Origin: Gammaproteobacteria bacterium
Lineage (GTDB): Bacteria; Pseudomonadota; Gammaproteobacteria; Eutrophobiales; Eutrophobiaceae
Direction of reading: 5' to 3'
DNA: 64,000 nt
Assembly (NCBI GenBank): GCA_965221695.1
Contig: OZ244905.1
Location: forward strand, 1,088,001-1,152,000
Positions within the stretch are counted from its first letter, which is position 1. The number at the start of each line of letters is the position of its first letter. Below, one piece after another: positions 13,801 through 20,349 of the stretch. Below the pieces are notes generated by a model, which worked only from the letters and a program-made list of their open reading frames with translations, was not told the origin of the DNA and ran no database searches. The position numbers and the translations under genes are program-made.

Positions 13801-16800
13801 ACCTGGTACTTGGTGATGCTGGAGTCAGACGGGTTGCCCCAACTCAGCGCCACCTCGCCGTCGCCCGGCGTTGCCTGGAGGTTTGCCGGCTGGGCGGGCG
13901 CAAGGTTGCCGGTGACGGTGACGGTGAAGGTCTCGGTCACAGCGGCGGCAAGGGAAGAATCGGCGGTGACAGTCACCGTCGTCACGCCGGTCCCCACCGC
14001 GGTCACACGCACATTGAACGTTGCGAAGACGGGGCCGCGAACGCCATTCACCCGGTTGATAATCTCCGCCGTGGCCACCGACGGGTTGGCGCTGGTCGCC
14101 GTGAGACTCAATCCGGAGAACGAGCTGGCGGTGGCCGCACTGGCGACTGCCGGCAACGGCGGGTTGATGTACTCCGTGCTGCCGCCATTGACAGAGATTG
14201 TGACGTCATTGAACGAAGACATATGCCCCGACCCGTTCGCATCAATGACGGTGATGTTGAAGTTGTCTTCCGCCCACTCGCCGCTCGGGTCTGTCGCCCT
14301 GAGCGTAATCTCCACGGTGCCCACCGATACCGCCTGGGCTTCCACACTGGCTACCCCGTCGGGCACCACGTTGTTCGTCGTGGCGGTCGCCACGCTCGTG
14401 TCGGCGCTCGTGGCTGTGTACGTCAGCGCATCACCGTCGGCATCGGAGAATATCTCCTCGCCCGCATCTTCCAAGCGCCGGGCAAACACATCATCGCCAA
14501 ATGGACTGTTCAGCCACGCGCCGCTATCCGGTATCGGCCGTACCACCACGGGCGCCCGGTTGCCCTGCGCCACGGTGATGTTGAACGTCAGACTCGCCGC
14601 ATCGCCCTGGGCGTCGGTCGCCGTCCAGGTATAAAGGGTTTGTGCCAGGGCAACCGTGGGCGTGCCGCTGACGGTGCGCGTGGTCGTGTCGAGGCTCACG
14701 CCAGTGGGCAGCGCCGGGGTGAGCGCATAGCTCAGCGTGCCGTTGCCGCCGGTCGCTTGCGGCAGCGTGACGCTGGTAATCGCGACCAACCGGGTCCAGG
14801 ACTGGTCGGCAATGGTGGCCGCGCCGAAGGTGGGGGCGTTCACGGTCGGGGTGGCCGCCACAGTGGCCGCCGTGCCGTCACCGGCGGTGTTGGTGGCGCG
14901 CACCGCAAACGTGTAATCGGTGCCGTTGGTCAGGCTTGTCGCCGTGTAGGTGGTGGCGGTGGCGGCCAGGTTGGTCCAGGTATCGGTATTGACAAACGGC
15001 AGGTCGGCGGTGGCCTTGTAGCGGACTTGCAGGTTGTCAAGCGTGCTGGCGTTGGTCGGGTTGGTCCAGTTCAGGATAACCTGCGTGTCACCGGCGGTGG
15101 CCGTCAGGTTCGTCGGTGCGTCGGGGACGGCCAGGGTCGGGGTGGCCGTGACCGTGTCCGAGTCCGGGCCGTTGACGGCGCCGACCACTGCGCGTATCTG
15201 GAACGCATAGGTCGTGCCGTTGGTCAGGTTGTCAACAGTGTGGGTCGTGGTCGTCGCGCCGCTGTTGGCAATGTCCGTCCAGGTCGCAGTCGTCGGGTCG
15301 GCGGTGCCCTGGGCATAGCGAACCTGGTACTTGGTAATGGTACTGTCGTTCGGGTTGGTCCAGTTCAGCATGACCTCGGTGTCACCGGCCGCGGCAGTCA
15401 GGTTGGTCGGCTTGGCCGGGGCCTCGTCCACATCGGTGACCGTCACCGTGTAGACGGCTGAGGTCACCGTGTTGGTGTTCGCATCCGTCGCCGTTAACGT
15501 GTACTCGTAAGTGTTGCCGGTGTCACTGTCGGTCGGGGTCTCAAAGTCCCGCGCCGCTAAGCTCACCCGCGCCCCGGTCTGACTCTGGTCCGCCGCCGGC
15601 AGCGTAAACGCGCCCGCATCCGCCCCGCCCAGCGTCCAGGTGACCGCGCCCAGGGCGCCGGTCAAGGACGCATCCACCGTGTAAGCCTGGTTCTCGCTCA
15701 CGCTGGCATCGGCCAGGCCCGTCAGCGTCAGCGTGGCGGGCTCATCGATATTGGTAATGGTGATGGCCACGTTCACGGTGGCAATGTTGCTGTCATCGTC
15801 CGTCGCCGTTAACGTGTACACATAAATGTTATTGGTGTCGTTGTCCGTCGGGACCTCAAAGTCCTTGGCCCCCAGGGTTACGGTGGCGCCGGTGTTGCTC
15901 TGGTTCGACAGCGTAAACCCGTTCGCATTGGCGTCGTCACCGGTCAACGCCCAGGTGATGTTGCCCACCGGCGTGCCGCTTAAAGTTGCCGTGCCGGTGT
16001 AGGCCGTATTCTCGGCTAAGTTGGCATCGGCCACACCGCCGAGGGTTAGCGTGGGCGTAATACGGATGTCGAACGTCAGCGTGGCCGTATCCCCGTCCGC
16101 ATCGGTGGCGGTGTAGGTGTACTCGGTGGCCGCCTGCGGCGCGGTCGGGGTGCCGGTTAAGGTGCGGGCGGTCGCATCAAACGTCAGACCCGCCGGCAGG
16201 GTCGGCGTTAAGGTGTACGCCAGTGTGCCGTCACCGCCGGTCGCTTGCGGCAGGTTCAGCGTGGTAATCGCCGTACCCTGCGGGTAGGTCTGGTCGGCAA
16301 TGGTCTGCGTGCCGAAGTCCGGCTGGCTGTCTGCGGTAATCGTGATGTCGAACTTCAGCTCGGCCTCATCGCCATCGTTGTCGACCACCTTGTACGTGTA
16401 TTCGGTGGCCGCCTGAGCGGTGGTCGGCGTGCCGGTCAAGGTGCGGGCGGTGGCGTCAAACGACAGACCGTCCGGCAGGTTCGGCGTCAGCGTGTACGTC
16501 AGCGGGGCGTCGCCGCCGGTCGCCTGCGGCAGGTCGAGCTGGGTAATCGCCGAGTTCTGCAGGTAGGTCTGGTCGGCAATGGTGTCGCTGCCGAAGCTCG
16601 GCTGGCTGTCCGCGGTAATCGTGATGTCGAACTTCAACTCGGCCTCATCGCCGTCACCATCGGTCACCTTGTACGTGTATTCGATGGCCGCCTGGGCGGT
16701 GGTCGGTGTGCCGGTGAGGGTACGGGCGGTCGCATCAAACGACAGACCCGCCGGCGGGGTCGGCGTTAAGGTGTACGTCAGTGTGCCGTCACCGCCACTG

Positions 16801-18695
16801 GCCTGGGGCAGGTTCAGTGTCGTAATCTGGGCGCCCTGCGGGTAGGTCTGGTCGGCAATGGTCTGCGTGCCGAAGGTCGGCAGCGCATTCGCGGTGACCG
16901 CGACCGTGGCCGTGAGGCCGGCGTAGTTGCCGCCGGCGGCGGTTAAGGTGATAGTGGCAGCGCCGTCAGTGGGGCTCGCCGCCATGTTTACCGTCACCGT
17001 CTGCGCGGTACTGTAGTTCGTCGTGGTGAACGTCAGCGGTGTCGGGCTGACGGTCACGTCCGTGTCGTCGCTGACCACGGTGACGGTGACCGCAGCGGTC
17101 GGCGCGGTGGCCAGGGTCACATCAAAGGTGTTGCTGCCGTCCTCATCGACCACCAGGGTGGCCGGCGCCACTTGAATGGCCGGGGCGGCTATCGGGGTGG
17201 CCGTGGCTGTGTCCGAGGCCGGGCCTTCGGCAACGCCCGCTACCGCGCGGACCTGGAACGCATACACCTGGCCGTTGGTCAGGTTGCCAACGGTGTGGGT
17301 CGTGGTCGTGGCGCCGCTGTTGGCAATGTCCGTCCAGGTCGCAGTCGTCGGGTCGGCGGCGCCCTGGGCATAGCGAACCTGGTACTTGGTGATGGTACTG
17401 TCACTCGGATCATCCCAACTCAGCGTGACCTGGGCGTTGCCGGGGGTGGCAGTGAGATTGGCCGGCTTGGCCAGCGCTATCACCGTGATGTTAAACGTCA
17501 GCGAACTGGTGTCGCCCTGGGCGTCAGTCGCCGTGTAGGTGTATGCCGTCGCCGCCTGCAGCGTCGTCGGCGTGCCGCTGAGCGTGCGCGTCGCAGCGTC
17601 AAAGCTCAAACCCGCAGGCAGCGACGGCGTCATGCTGTAGCTCAGCGTGCCGTTGCCCGTCGCCTCCGGCAATACCAGCGGCGTGATGGCCGTGCCCTGG
17701 GTGTAGAACTGATCCGGGATCGTCGCGCCGCCAAAGTCAGGATTCGTATCCGACTGCACGATGACGCTGATCGGCGAGGCCCAGGAACCATAGCCGTTGC
17801 AAATATTGGGATCGGGGATATTAAGATACTGCCCACCAGCATACGTTACGCTGACTTCGTACTCCTCCGAATCCAATACCACATCAGGTTGTCCACGACT
17901 GCCCAACCTGGGAAACTCCCACTCTGTTATGTAGGTGTTATTACTATGATTGTAATAATGGGTGTATTTACCTGAGTCAGTACCTTTACTTACAGTGTTC
18001 CAGGATACTGAAGGCTTCCTGTAGACCACCTCAAATATGTAGGGTTCACCCTGAATCGAGGAGCAGGTGGGGTCATACCAATCCCAAGTGACCTTGATCT
18101 TGCCAAAATCCGGCGTTGTGACCACGACATTCGTCGGCGGATGAAGAAATTGGCCCGAAAAGCCTTGCGGGACGGGCAATGGTGTCGGCGCCGCCGTCAG
18201 CGCAGGACTCGGCGTTCCGTTGCCATCCGCATTCACCGCGCGCACCTGGAAGACATAGGTCGTTCCAAACGTCAGATTCTGTACAAACACAAACGTCGAG
18301 AAGCTGTTGCTGCCTGAAATATCCGTCCACAGGTTATCATCTGACGAGGGCGTGAAACCCGTGCCTGCCTTGTGCCGTACCTGATACTTTGTGATGCTGC
18401 TGTCAGCCGGGTTGGCCCAGTTCAACTGGGCTTGGCCTGTAGTATTAGACCCTGCACCAATTTGCTTGGACACGCCCACGGTAAAGTGCTGAGGTTGGGC
18501 CGGTGGGGATTGCGCCAGCAGCGATTGGGGACTGAGCAGGGTGAACGCGAGAACGACTGCCGGGACGCGGCACAGCAAGCGGGTAAGGTGTTGCAGGATG
18601 GTTGGCGCGGCGCCGGCCGGCGCGCTGAAAACAGGCACATTGGTGCTTAGGCCGCATGCGCGTGCACTGTGGCCCCGAGTGAGCCAGTTATACAT
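1..18695 (-). CDS. Giant secreted repetitive adhesin (FN3, He_PIG/putative Ig, cadherin-like, Calx-beta-like domains); 3' end runs off the window; more than 6231 aa
   Basis: Manual minus-strand translation. ATG at 18695 (in-frame TAA at 18713; alternative GTG at 18710 or 18638) gives MYNWLTRGH...LTRLLCRVPAVVLAFTLLSPQSLLA|QSPP (signal-peptide-like), then FN3 (LNWANPADSSITKYQVRH...TTYVFQVRAVNADG). The same frame is open in every segment I translated (18695-17700, 14580-13900, the 1182-bp unit, 6180-5700, the 279-bp unit). It is absent from the ORF track because there is no stop in the window. Confidence 0.93.
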   Translation of the reverse strand, partial: MYNWLTRGHSARACGLSTNVPVFSAPAGAAPTILQHLTRLLCRVPAVVLAFTLLSPQSLLAQSPPAQPQHFTVGVSKQIGAGSNTTGQAQLNWANPADSSITKYQVRHKAGTGFTPSSDDNLWTDISGSNSFSTFVFVQNLTFGTTYVFQVRAVNADGNGTPSPALTAAPTPLPVPQGFSGQFLHPPTNVVVTTPDFGKIKVTWDWYDPTCSSIQGEPYIFEVVYRKPSVSWNTVSKGTDSGKYTHYYNHSNNTYITEWEFPRLGSRGQPDVVLDSEEYEVSVTYAGGQYLNIPDPNICNGYGSWASPISVIVQSDTNPDFGGATIPDQFYTQGTAITPLVLPEATGNGTLSYSMTPSLPAGLSFDAATRTLSGTPTTLQAATAYTYTATDAQGDTSSLTFNITVIALAKPANLTATPGNAQVTLSWDDPSDSTITKYQVRYAQGAADPTTATWTDIANSGATTTTHTVGNLTNGQVYAFQVRAVAGVAEGPASDTATATPIAAPAIQVAPATLVVDEDGSNTFDVTLATAPTAAVTVTVVSDDTDVTVSPTPLTFTTTNYSTAQTVTVNMAASPTDGAATITLTAAGGNYAGLTATVAVTANALPTFGTQTIADQTYPQGAQITTLNLPQASGGDGTLTYTLTPTPPAGLSFDATARTLTGTPTTAQAAIEYTYKVTDGDGDEAELKFDITITADSQPSFGSDTIADQTYLQNSAITQLDLPQATGGDAPLTYTLTPNLPDGLSFDATARTLTGTPTTAQAATEYTYKVVDNDGDEAELKFDITITADSQPDFGTQTIADQTYPQGTAITTLNLPQATGGDGTLAYTLTPTLPAGLTFDATARTLTGTPTAPQAATEYTYTATDADGDTATLTFDIRITPTLTLGGVADANLAENTAYTGTATLSGTPVGNITWALTGDDANANGFTLSNQSNTGATVTLGAKDFEVPTDNDTNNIYVYTLTATDDDSNIATVNVAITITNIDEPATLTLTGLADASVSENQAYTVDASLTGALGAVTWTLGGADAGAFTLPAADQSQTGARVSLAARDFETPTDSDTGNTYEYTLTATDANTNTVTSAVYTVTVTDVDEAPAKPTNLTAAAGDTEVMLNWTNPNDSTITKYQVRYAQGTADPTTATWTDIANSGATTTTHTVDNLTNGTTYAFQIRAVVGAVNGPDSDTVTATPTLAVPDAPTNLTATAGDTQVILNWTNPTNASTLDNLQVRYKATADLPFVNTDTWTNLAATATTYTATSLTNGTDYTFAVRATNTAGDGTAATVAATPTVNAPTFGAATIADQSWTRLVAITSVTLPQATGGNGTLSYALTPALPTGVSLDTTTRTVSGTPTVALAQTLYTWTATDAQGDAASLTFNITVAQGNRAPVVVRPIPDSGAWLNSPFGDDVFARRLEDAGEEIFSDADGDALTYTATSADTSVATATTNNVVPDGVASVEAQAVSVGTVEITLRATDPSGEWAEDNFNITVIDANGSGHMSSFNDVTISVNGGSTEYINPPLPAVASAATASSFSGLSLTATSANPSVATAEIINRVNGVRGPVFATFNVRVTAVGTGVTTVTVTADSSLAAAVTETFTVTVTGNLAPAQPANLQATPGDGEVALSWGNPSDSSITKYQVRYAQGTADPTTATWNDITGSGAATTSHTVDNLTNGTTYAFQVRAVSAQGDGATSDTVTATPLAKPAAPTGLTAAARDRAALLTWTDPSNTSISKYQVRHAAGTSVPANTAWTDIAGSTATTISHTVDNLTNGTQYAFELRAVNASGDGAAATVTATPTQPTVTLALSATAISENGGQATVTASLDYPSTGATTLTVAVAPATGSTAVPGDFTLSSPPTLMIAQGDTTSTGTVTVTGVDNTEDTADKDLTVSATAANPRGVTGPASLTLTLTDDDAPPAAPTGLTATAGDTQVTLNWTDPSNNAITKYQVRYGAGPTVPATATWEDITGSGATTTTHTVDNLTNGTQYAFEIRAVNATGNSDASATVTATPRPDPAITVAPDTLVVDEGGSNTFDVTLVAAPTAAVAITVASNNTNVTVNPTSLTFSATNYNTAQTVTVTMAANPLPNGNATLTLAATGGNYAGLTATVAVTANALPSFGAQTIADQTYPQGTAITTLNLPQATGGDGTLAYTLTPTPPAGLTFNATARTLTGTPTAPQAATEYTYTATDADGDTATLTFDIRITPTLTLGGVADANQAENTAYTGNATLTGTPVGNITWALTGDDANASGFTLSNQSNTGATVTLGAKDFEVPTDNDTNNIYVYTLTATDDDGNSDTVNVAITITNVDEAPAKPANLTAAPGDTEVTLTWTNPNDSTITKYQVRQAQGATIPATTAWNDIANSTAATTTHTVDNLTNGTTYAFQIRAVVGTANGPDSDTVTATPRPDPAITVAPDTLVVDEGGSNTFDVTLVAAPTAAVAITVASNNTNVTVNPTSLTFSATNYNTAQTVTVTMAANPLPNGNATLTLAATGGNYAGLTATVAVTANALPSFGTQTIADQTYPQGTAITTLNLPQATGGDGTLAYTLTPTPPAGLTFNATARTLTGTPTAPQAATEYTYTATDADGDTATLTFDIRITPTLTLGGVADANQAENTAYTGNATLTGTPVGNITWALTGDDANASGFTLSNQSNTGATVTLGAKDFEVPTDNDTNNIYVYTLTATDDDGNSDTVNVAITITNVDEAPAKPANLTAAPGDTEVTLTWTNPNDSTITKYQVRQAQGATIPATTAWNDIANSTAATTTHTVDNLTNGTTYAFQIRAVVGTANGPDSDTVTATPRPDPAITVAPDTLVVDEGGSNTFDVTLVAAPTAAVAITVASNNTNVTVNPTSLTFSATNYNTAQTVTVTMAANPLPNGNATLTLAATGGNYAGLTATVAVTANALPSFGAQTIADQTYPQGTAITTLNLPQATGGDGTLAYTLTPTPPAGLTFNATARTLTGTPTAPQAATEYTYTATDADGDTATLTFDIRITPTLTLGGVADANQAENTAYTGNATLTGTPVGNITWALTGDDANASGFTLSNQSNTGATVTLGAKDFEVPTDNDTNNIYVYTLTATDDDGNSDTVNVAITITNVDEAPAKPANLTAAPGDTEVTLTWTNPNDSTITKYQVRQAQGATIPATTAWNDIANSTAATTTHTVDNLTNGTTYAFQIRAVVGTANGPDSDTVTATPRPDPAITVAPDTLVVDEGGSNTFDVTLVAAPTAAVAITVASNNTNVTVNPTSLTFSATNYNTAQTVTVTMAANPLPNGTATLTLAATGGNYAGLTATVAVTANALPSFGSATIADQTYPQGTAITTLNLPQATGGDGTLAYTLTPTPPAGLTFNATARTLTGTPTAPQAATEYTYTATDADGDTATLTFDIRITPTLTLGGVADANQAENTAYTGNATLTGTPVGNITWALTGDDANASGFTLSNQSNTGATVTLGAKDFEVPTDNDTNNIYVYTLTATDDDGNSDTVNVAITITNVDEAPAKPANLTAAPGDTEVTLTWTNPNDSTITKYQVRQAQGATIPATTAWADIANSTAATTTHTVDNLTNGTTYAFQIRAVVGTANGPDSDTVTATPRPDPAITVAPDTLVVDEGGSNTFDVTLVAAPTAAVAITVASNNTNVTVNPTSLTFSATNYNTAQTVTVTMAANPSPNGTATLTLAATGGNYAGLTATVAVTANALPSFGSATIADQTYPQGTAITTLNLPQATGGDGTLAYTLTPTPPAGLTFNATARTLTGTPTAPQAATEYTYTATDADGDTATLTFDIRITPTLTLGGVADANLAENTAYTGNATLTGTPVGNITWALTGDDANANGFTLSNQSNTGATVTLGAKDFEVPTDNDTNNIYVYTLTATDDDGNSDTVNVAITITNVDEAPAKPANLTAAPGDTEVTLTWTNPNDSTITKYQVRQAQGATIPATTAWNDIANSTAATTTHTVDNLTNGTTYAFQIRAVVGTANGPDSDTVTATPRPDPAITVAPDTLVVDEGGSNTFDVTLVAAPTAAVAITVASNNTNVTVNPTSLTFSATNYNTAQTVTVTMAANPLPNGNATLTLAATGGNYAGLTATVAVTANALPSFGTQTIADQTYPQGTAITTLNLPQATGGDGTLAYTLTPTPPAGLTFNATARTLTGTPTAPQAATEYTYTATDADGDTAELKFDITVMQPPTPARTLTFTFSDDGSTVTIAASGSLDVSGFSPAGDTVPTLVTSVGYVLFNQEFEKWQIFATPSDNTTPISRYNSLPNIVTTGLNSYSGNQEIINLSNYNYEFSLRFNTYRKLLFVDKANLTGDIYDPTGDEVTFTGTVLNTVGDNDFHIEHAIGNQKIIFKATPPPVPAAPTNLSATAGDTEATLSWANPNDSSITKYQVRYGAGSTVPATATWEDITGSGATTTSHKVTGLTNTTQYAFEIRAVNNGGNSDASNTATATPALAVPNAPTNLTATAGDTQATLTWTNPTNASTLTNIQVRYKATADLPFSGTDTWTDLAPTATTYTATGLTNGTGYTFAVRATNTAGSSTAATVAATPRPDPAIQVTPDTLEVDEGGSNTFDVTLAAAPTTAVTVTVTSNNTDVTVNPTPLTFSATNYNTAQTVTVNMAASPSSNGNATLTLTAAAGNYAGLTATVAVTSNKLPSFGSATIANQTYMQNSAITRLDLPQASGGDGTLTYTLAPDAPDGLTFDASARTLTGTPTGTQAATTYTYRATDSDGDPAELTFTITITADNAPSFGSATIANQTYMQNSAITRLDLPQASGGDGTLTYTLAPDAPDGLTFDASARTLTGTPTGTQAATTYTYRATDSDGDPAELTFTITITADNAPSFGSATIANQTYMQNSAITRLDLPQASGGDGTLTYTLAPDAPDGLTFDASARTLTGTPTGTQAATTYTYRATDSDGDPAELTFTITITADNAPSFGSATIANQTYMQNSAITRLDLPQASGGDGTLTYTLAPDAPDGLTFDASARTLTGTPTGTQAATTYTYRATDSDGDPAELTFTITITADNAPSFGSATIANQTYMQNSAITRLDLPQASGGDGTLTYTLAPDAPDGLTFDASARTLTGTPTGTQAATTYTYRATDSDGDPAELTFTITITADNAPSFGSATIANQTYMQNSAITRLDLPQASGGDGTLTYTLAPDAPDGLTFDASARTLTGTPTGTQAATTYTYRATDSDGDPAELTFTITITADNAPSFGSATIANQTYMQNSAITRLDLPQASGGDGTLTYTLAPDAPDGLTFDASARTLTGTPTGTQAATTYTYRATDSDGDPAELTFTITITADNAPSFGSATIANQTYMQNSAITRLDLPQASGGDGTLTYTLAPDAPDGLTFDASARTLTGTPTGTQAATTYTYRATDSDGDPAELTFTITITADNAPSFGSATIANQTYMQNSAITRLDLPQASGGDGTLTYTLAPDAPDGLTFDASARTLTGTPTGTQAATTYTYRATDSDGDPAELTFTITITADNAPSFGSATIANQTYMQNSAITRLDLPQASGGDGTLTYTLAPDAPDGLTFDASARTLTGTPTGTQAATTYTYRATDSDGDPAELTFTITITADNAPSFGSATIANQTYMQNSAITRLDLPQASGGDGTLTYTLAPDAPDGLTFDASARTLTGTPTGTQAATTYTYRATDSDGDPAELTFTITITADNAPSFGSATIANQTYMQNSAITRLDLPQASGGDGTLTYTLAPDAPDGLTFDASARTLTGTPTGTQAATTYTYRATDSDGDPAELTFTITITADNAPSFGSATIANQTYMQNSAITRLDLPQASGGDGTLTYTLAPDAPDGLTFDASARTLTGTPTGTQAATTYTYRATDSDGDPAELTFTITITADNAPSFGSATIANQTYMQNSAITRLDLPQASGGDGTLTYTLAPDAPDGLTFDASARTLTGTPTGTQAATTYTYRATDSDGDPAELTFTITITADNAPSFGSATIANQTYMQNSAITRLDLPQASGGDGTLTYTLAPDAPDGLTFDASARTLTGTPTGTQAATTYTYRATDSDGDPAELTFTITITADNAPSFGSATIANQTYMQNSAITRLDLPQASGGDGTLTYTLAPDAPDGLTFDASARTLTGTPTGTQAATTYTYRATDSDGDPAELTFTITITADNAPSFGSATIANQTYMQNSAITRLDLPQASGGDGTLTYTLAPDAPDGLTFDASARTLTGTPTGTQAATTYTYRATDSDGDPAELTFTITITADNAPSFGSATIANQTYMQNSA
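6207..12698 (-). repeat. Coding tandem array, 1182-bp unit (394 aa: Ig/Calx-like + He_PIG + cadherin-like + FN3), about 5.5 near-identical copies
   Basis: Identical shadow ORFs at 6604/7786/8968/10150/11332/12514 (period 1182). Motifs VVDEGGSNTFDVTL, GLTFNATARTLTGTPT, DFEVPTDNDTNNIYVYTLTATD, LTWTNPNDSTITKYQVR. Confidence 0.96.
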
Positions 18696-19080
18696 TACGG
18701 CTAAACACACTTATTTTTTGACCCTCATTCCCGCAGAAACAACAGCGCTATATAAAATCACGCCCGAAACAAGTTTGCAAGCATTTTCGGGATACTTGTT
18801 GTCGGGATACTGCACTCTTCTTTTCAAGCCATATGCTGATTCATTATTCTAATATGCGGGTTGGATAGCCTAGCATATTGATTTTAATTGTTGTGATATT
18901 TTTTTGATACTGATTTAGCAAGTGTAACAGTGTAACAGTAGCGGATAATTATGCAACTGGTAGAGTGGAATATTGTGTCGCCTGGGGGCGACGCTTTACG
19001 CATGACAGCACACCCATGTAAAATACAGGACGCCCATTAAACATAGATGGGCGCCCTGTACTTTAAGTTGAGGAGTGCAA

Positions 19081-20295
19081 ATGACAGATAAACAACAGCA
19101 AGCGGGCAGCATTGCGCCGGGCGCATTGGAAGGTGTGCGCGTGATTGAATTGGGTCAACTTATTGCCGGGCCGTTTTGCGGACAGTTATTGGGTGACCTG
19201 GGCGCCGAGGTGATCAAGGTGGAATTGCCGGGAAGGGGCGATCCGATGCGGGATTGGGGTAAAGGGGAGCCGCTGTGGTGGCCTGTTGTTGCGCGAAACA
19301 AGAAATGTATCACGCTGGATGTAAGGAGTGAAAAGGGCAAAGCCATACTGTGCGAACTGATCGCCAAATCTGACATGGCGCTGGAGAATTTCAGACCGGG
19401 CACCATGGAGAAATGGGGCCTGGGTTATGCAGACCTGGCGCGGCACAACAAGGGGATTATCATGATACGGGTATCCGGGTATGGGCAGAGTGGTCCTTAT
19501 TCGGCGCGCGCCGGTTACGGCGGCATCGGCGAGGCCATGGGCGGTTTGCGCTATATCGTTGGCGACCCTTCCACGCCGCCCAGCCGTGTCGGAATCAGCA
19601 TCGGCGATACGCTGGCGGCCATGTTTGCCACCATCGGGGCGCTGTCGGCATTGCAATACCGGGAGCGCACCGGACAGGGCCAGGTTGTGGATTCGGCGAT
19701 TTATGAAGCGGTGCTGGGTGTGATGGAGTCAATGGTGCCGGAATATACCCAGACCGGTTTTATCAGGGAGCGCACGGGCGCAATACTCGAAAAAGTGGCG
19801 CCTTCCAATGTTTATCCCACTGCCGATGGAGACATGATCGTAATGGGCGCGAACCAGGATTCTGTCTTTGCGCGCCTGTGCGATGCGATGCAACAACCGG
19901 CGTTGGCGCAGGATGAGCGCTTTAACACGCATATTGCCCGCGGCGAAAACCAGGCCGCGCTTGATGACATTATCTATGCCTGGTCAAAGCAATACCCGGC
20001 AGGTGAATTGCTGGCATTACTGGAGGACTACGCAGTGCCGGCAGGGCGCATTTATCGCGCGCCCGATATGTTGGCGGATGCGCATTATATCGCCCGGGAA
20101 ACCATTGTTGACGTAGCGCATCCCAGGTATGACAAACTGAAAATGCAGAATGTGTTTCCGCGCTTATCGGCCACGCCGGGCAGAATCAAATGGACGGGAC
20201 CGGAACTGGGACAACACAACGAAGAGATTTACGGGGAGATGCTGGGTTATGATCAAGCAGAATTGGCGCGCCTGAAACAGGACAGAGTAATATAG
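19081..20295 (+). CDS. CaiB/BaiF family III CoA-transferase
   Basis: GALEGVRVIELGQLIAGPFCGQLLGDLGAEVIKVE and ENFRPGTMEKWGLGY motifs; GAGGAG RBS before ATG 19081. Confidence 0.92.
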   Translation: MTDKQQQAGSIAPGALEGVRVIELGQLIAGPFCGQLLGDLGAEVIKVELPGRGDPMRDWGKGEPLWWPVVARNKKCITLDVRSEKGKAILCELIAKSDMALENFRPGTMEKWGLGYADLARHNKGIIMIRVSGYGQSGPYSARAGYGGIGEAMGGLRYIVGDPSTPPSRVGISIGDTLAAMFATIGALSALQYRERTGQGQVVDSAIYEAVLGVMESMVPEYTQTGFIRERTGAILEKVAPSNVYPTADGDMIVMGANQDSVFARLCDAMQQPALAQDERFNTHIARGENQAALDDIIYAWSKQYPAGELLALLEDYAVPAGRIYRAPDMLADAHYIARETIVDVAHPRYDKLKMQNVFPRLSATPGRIKWTGPELGQHNEEIYGEMLGYDQAELARLKQDRVI

Positions 20296-20349
20296 CCAAA
20301 CTCCCATGATCCAGGGCGCGCAGGTATCCGATCATGAGGGTTTAAAATG

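Noticed and set aside
5295-17975. Many plus-strand ORFs, including the 580-aa ORF at 13719-15461
   Set aside because: Antisense shadows of the GC-rich adhesin frame; Val/Ala- or Arg/Gly-rich with no recognisable motifs.
5700-18150. Diversity-generating retroelement acting on the adhesin's variable domains
   Set aside because: No reverse transcriptase and no TR/VR pair differing only at adenines in this window.
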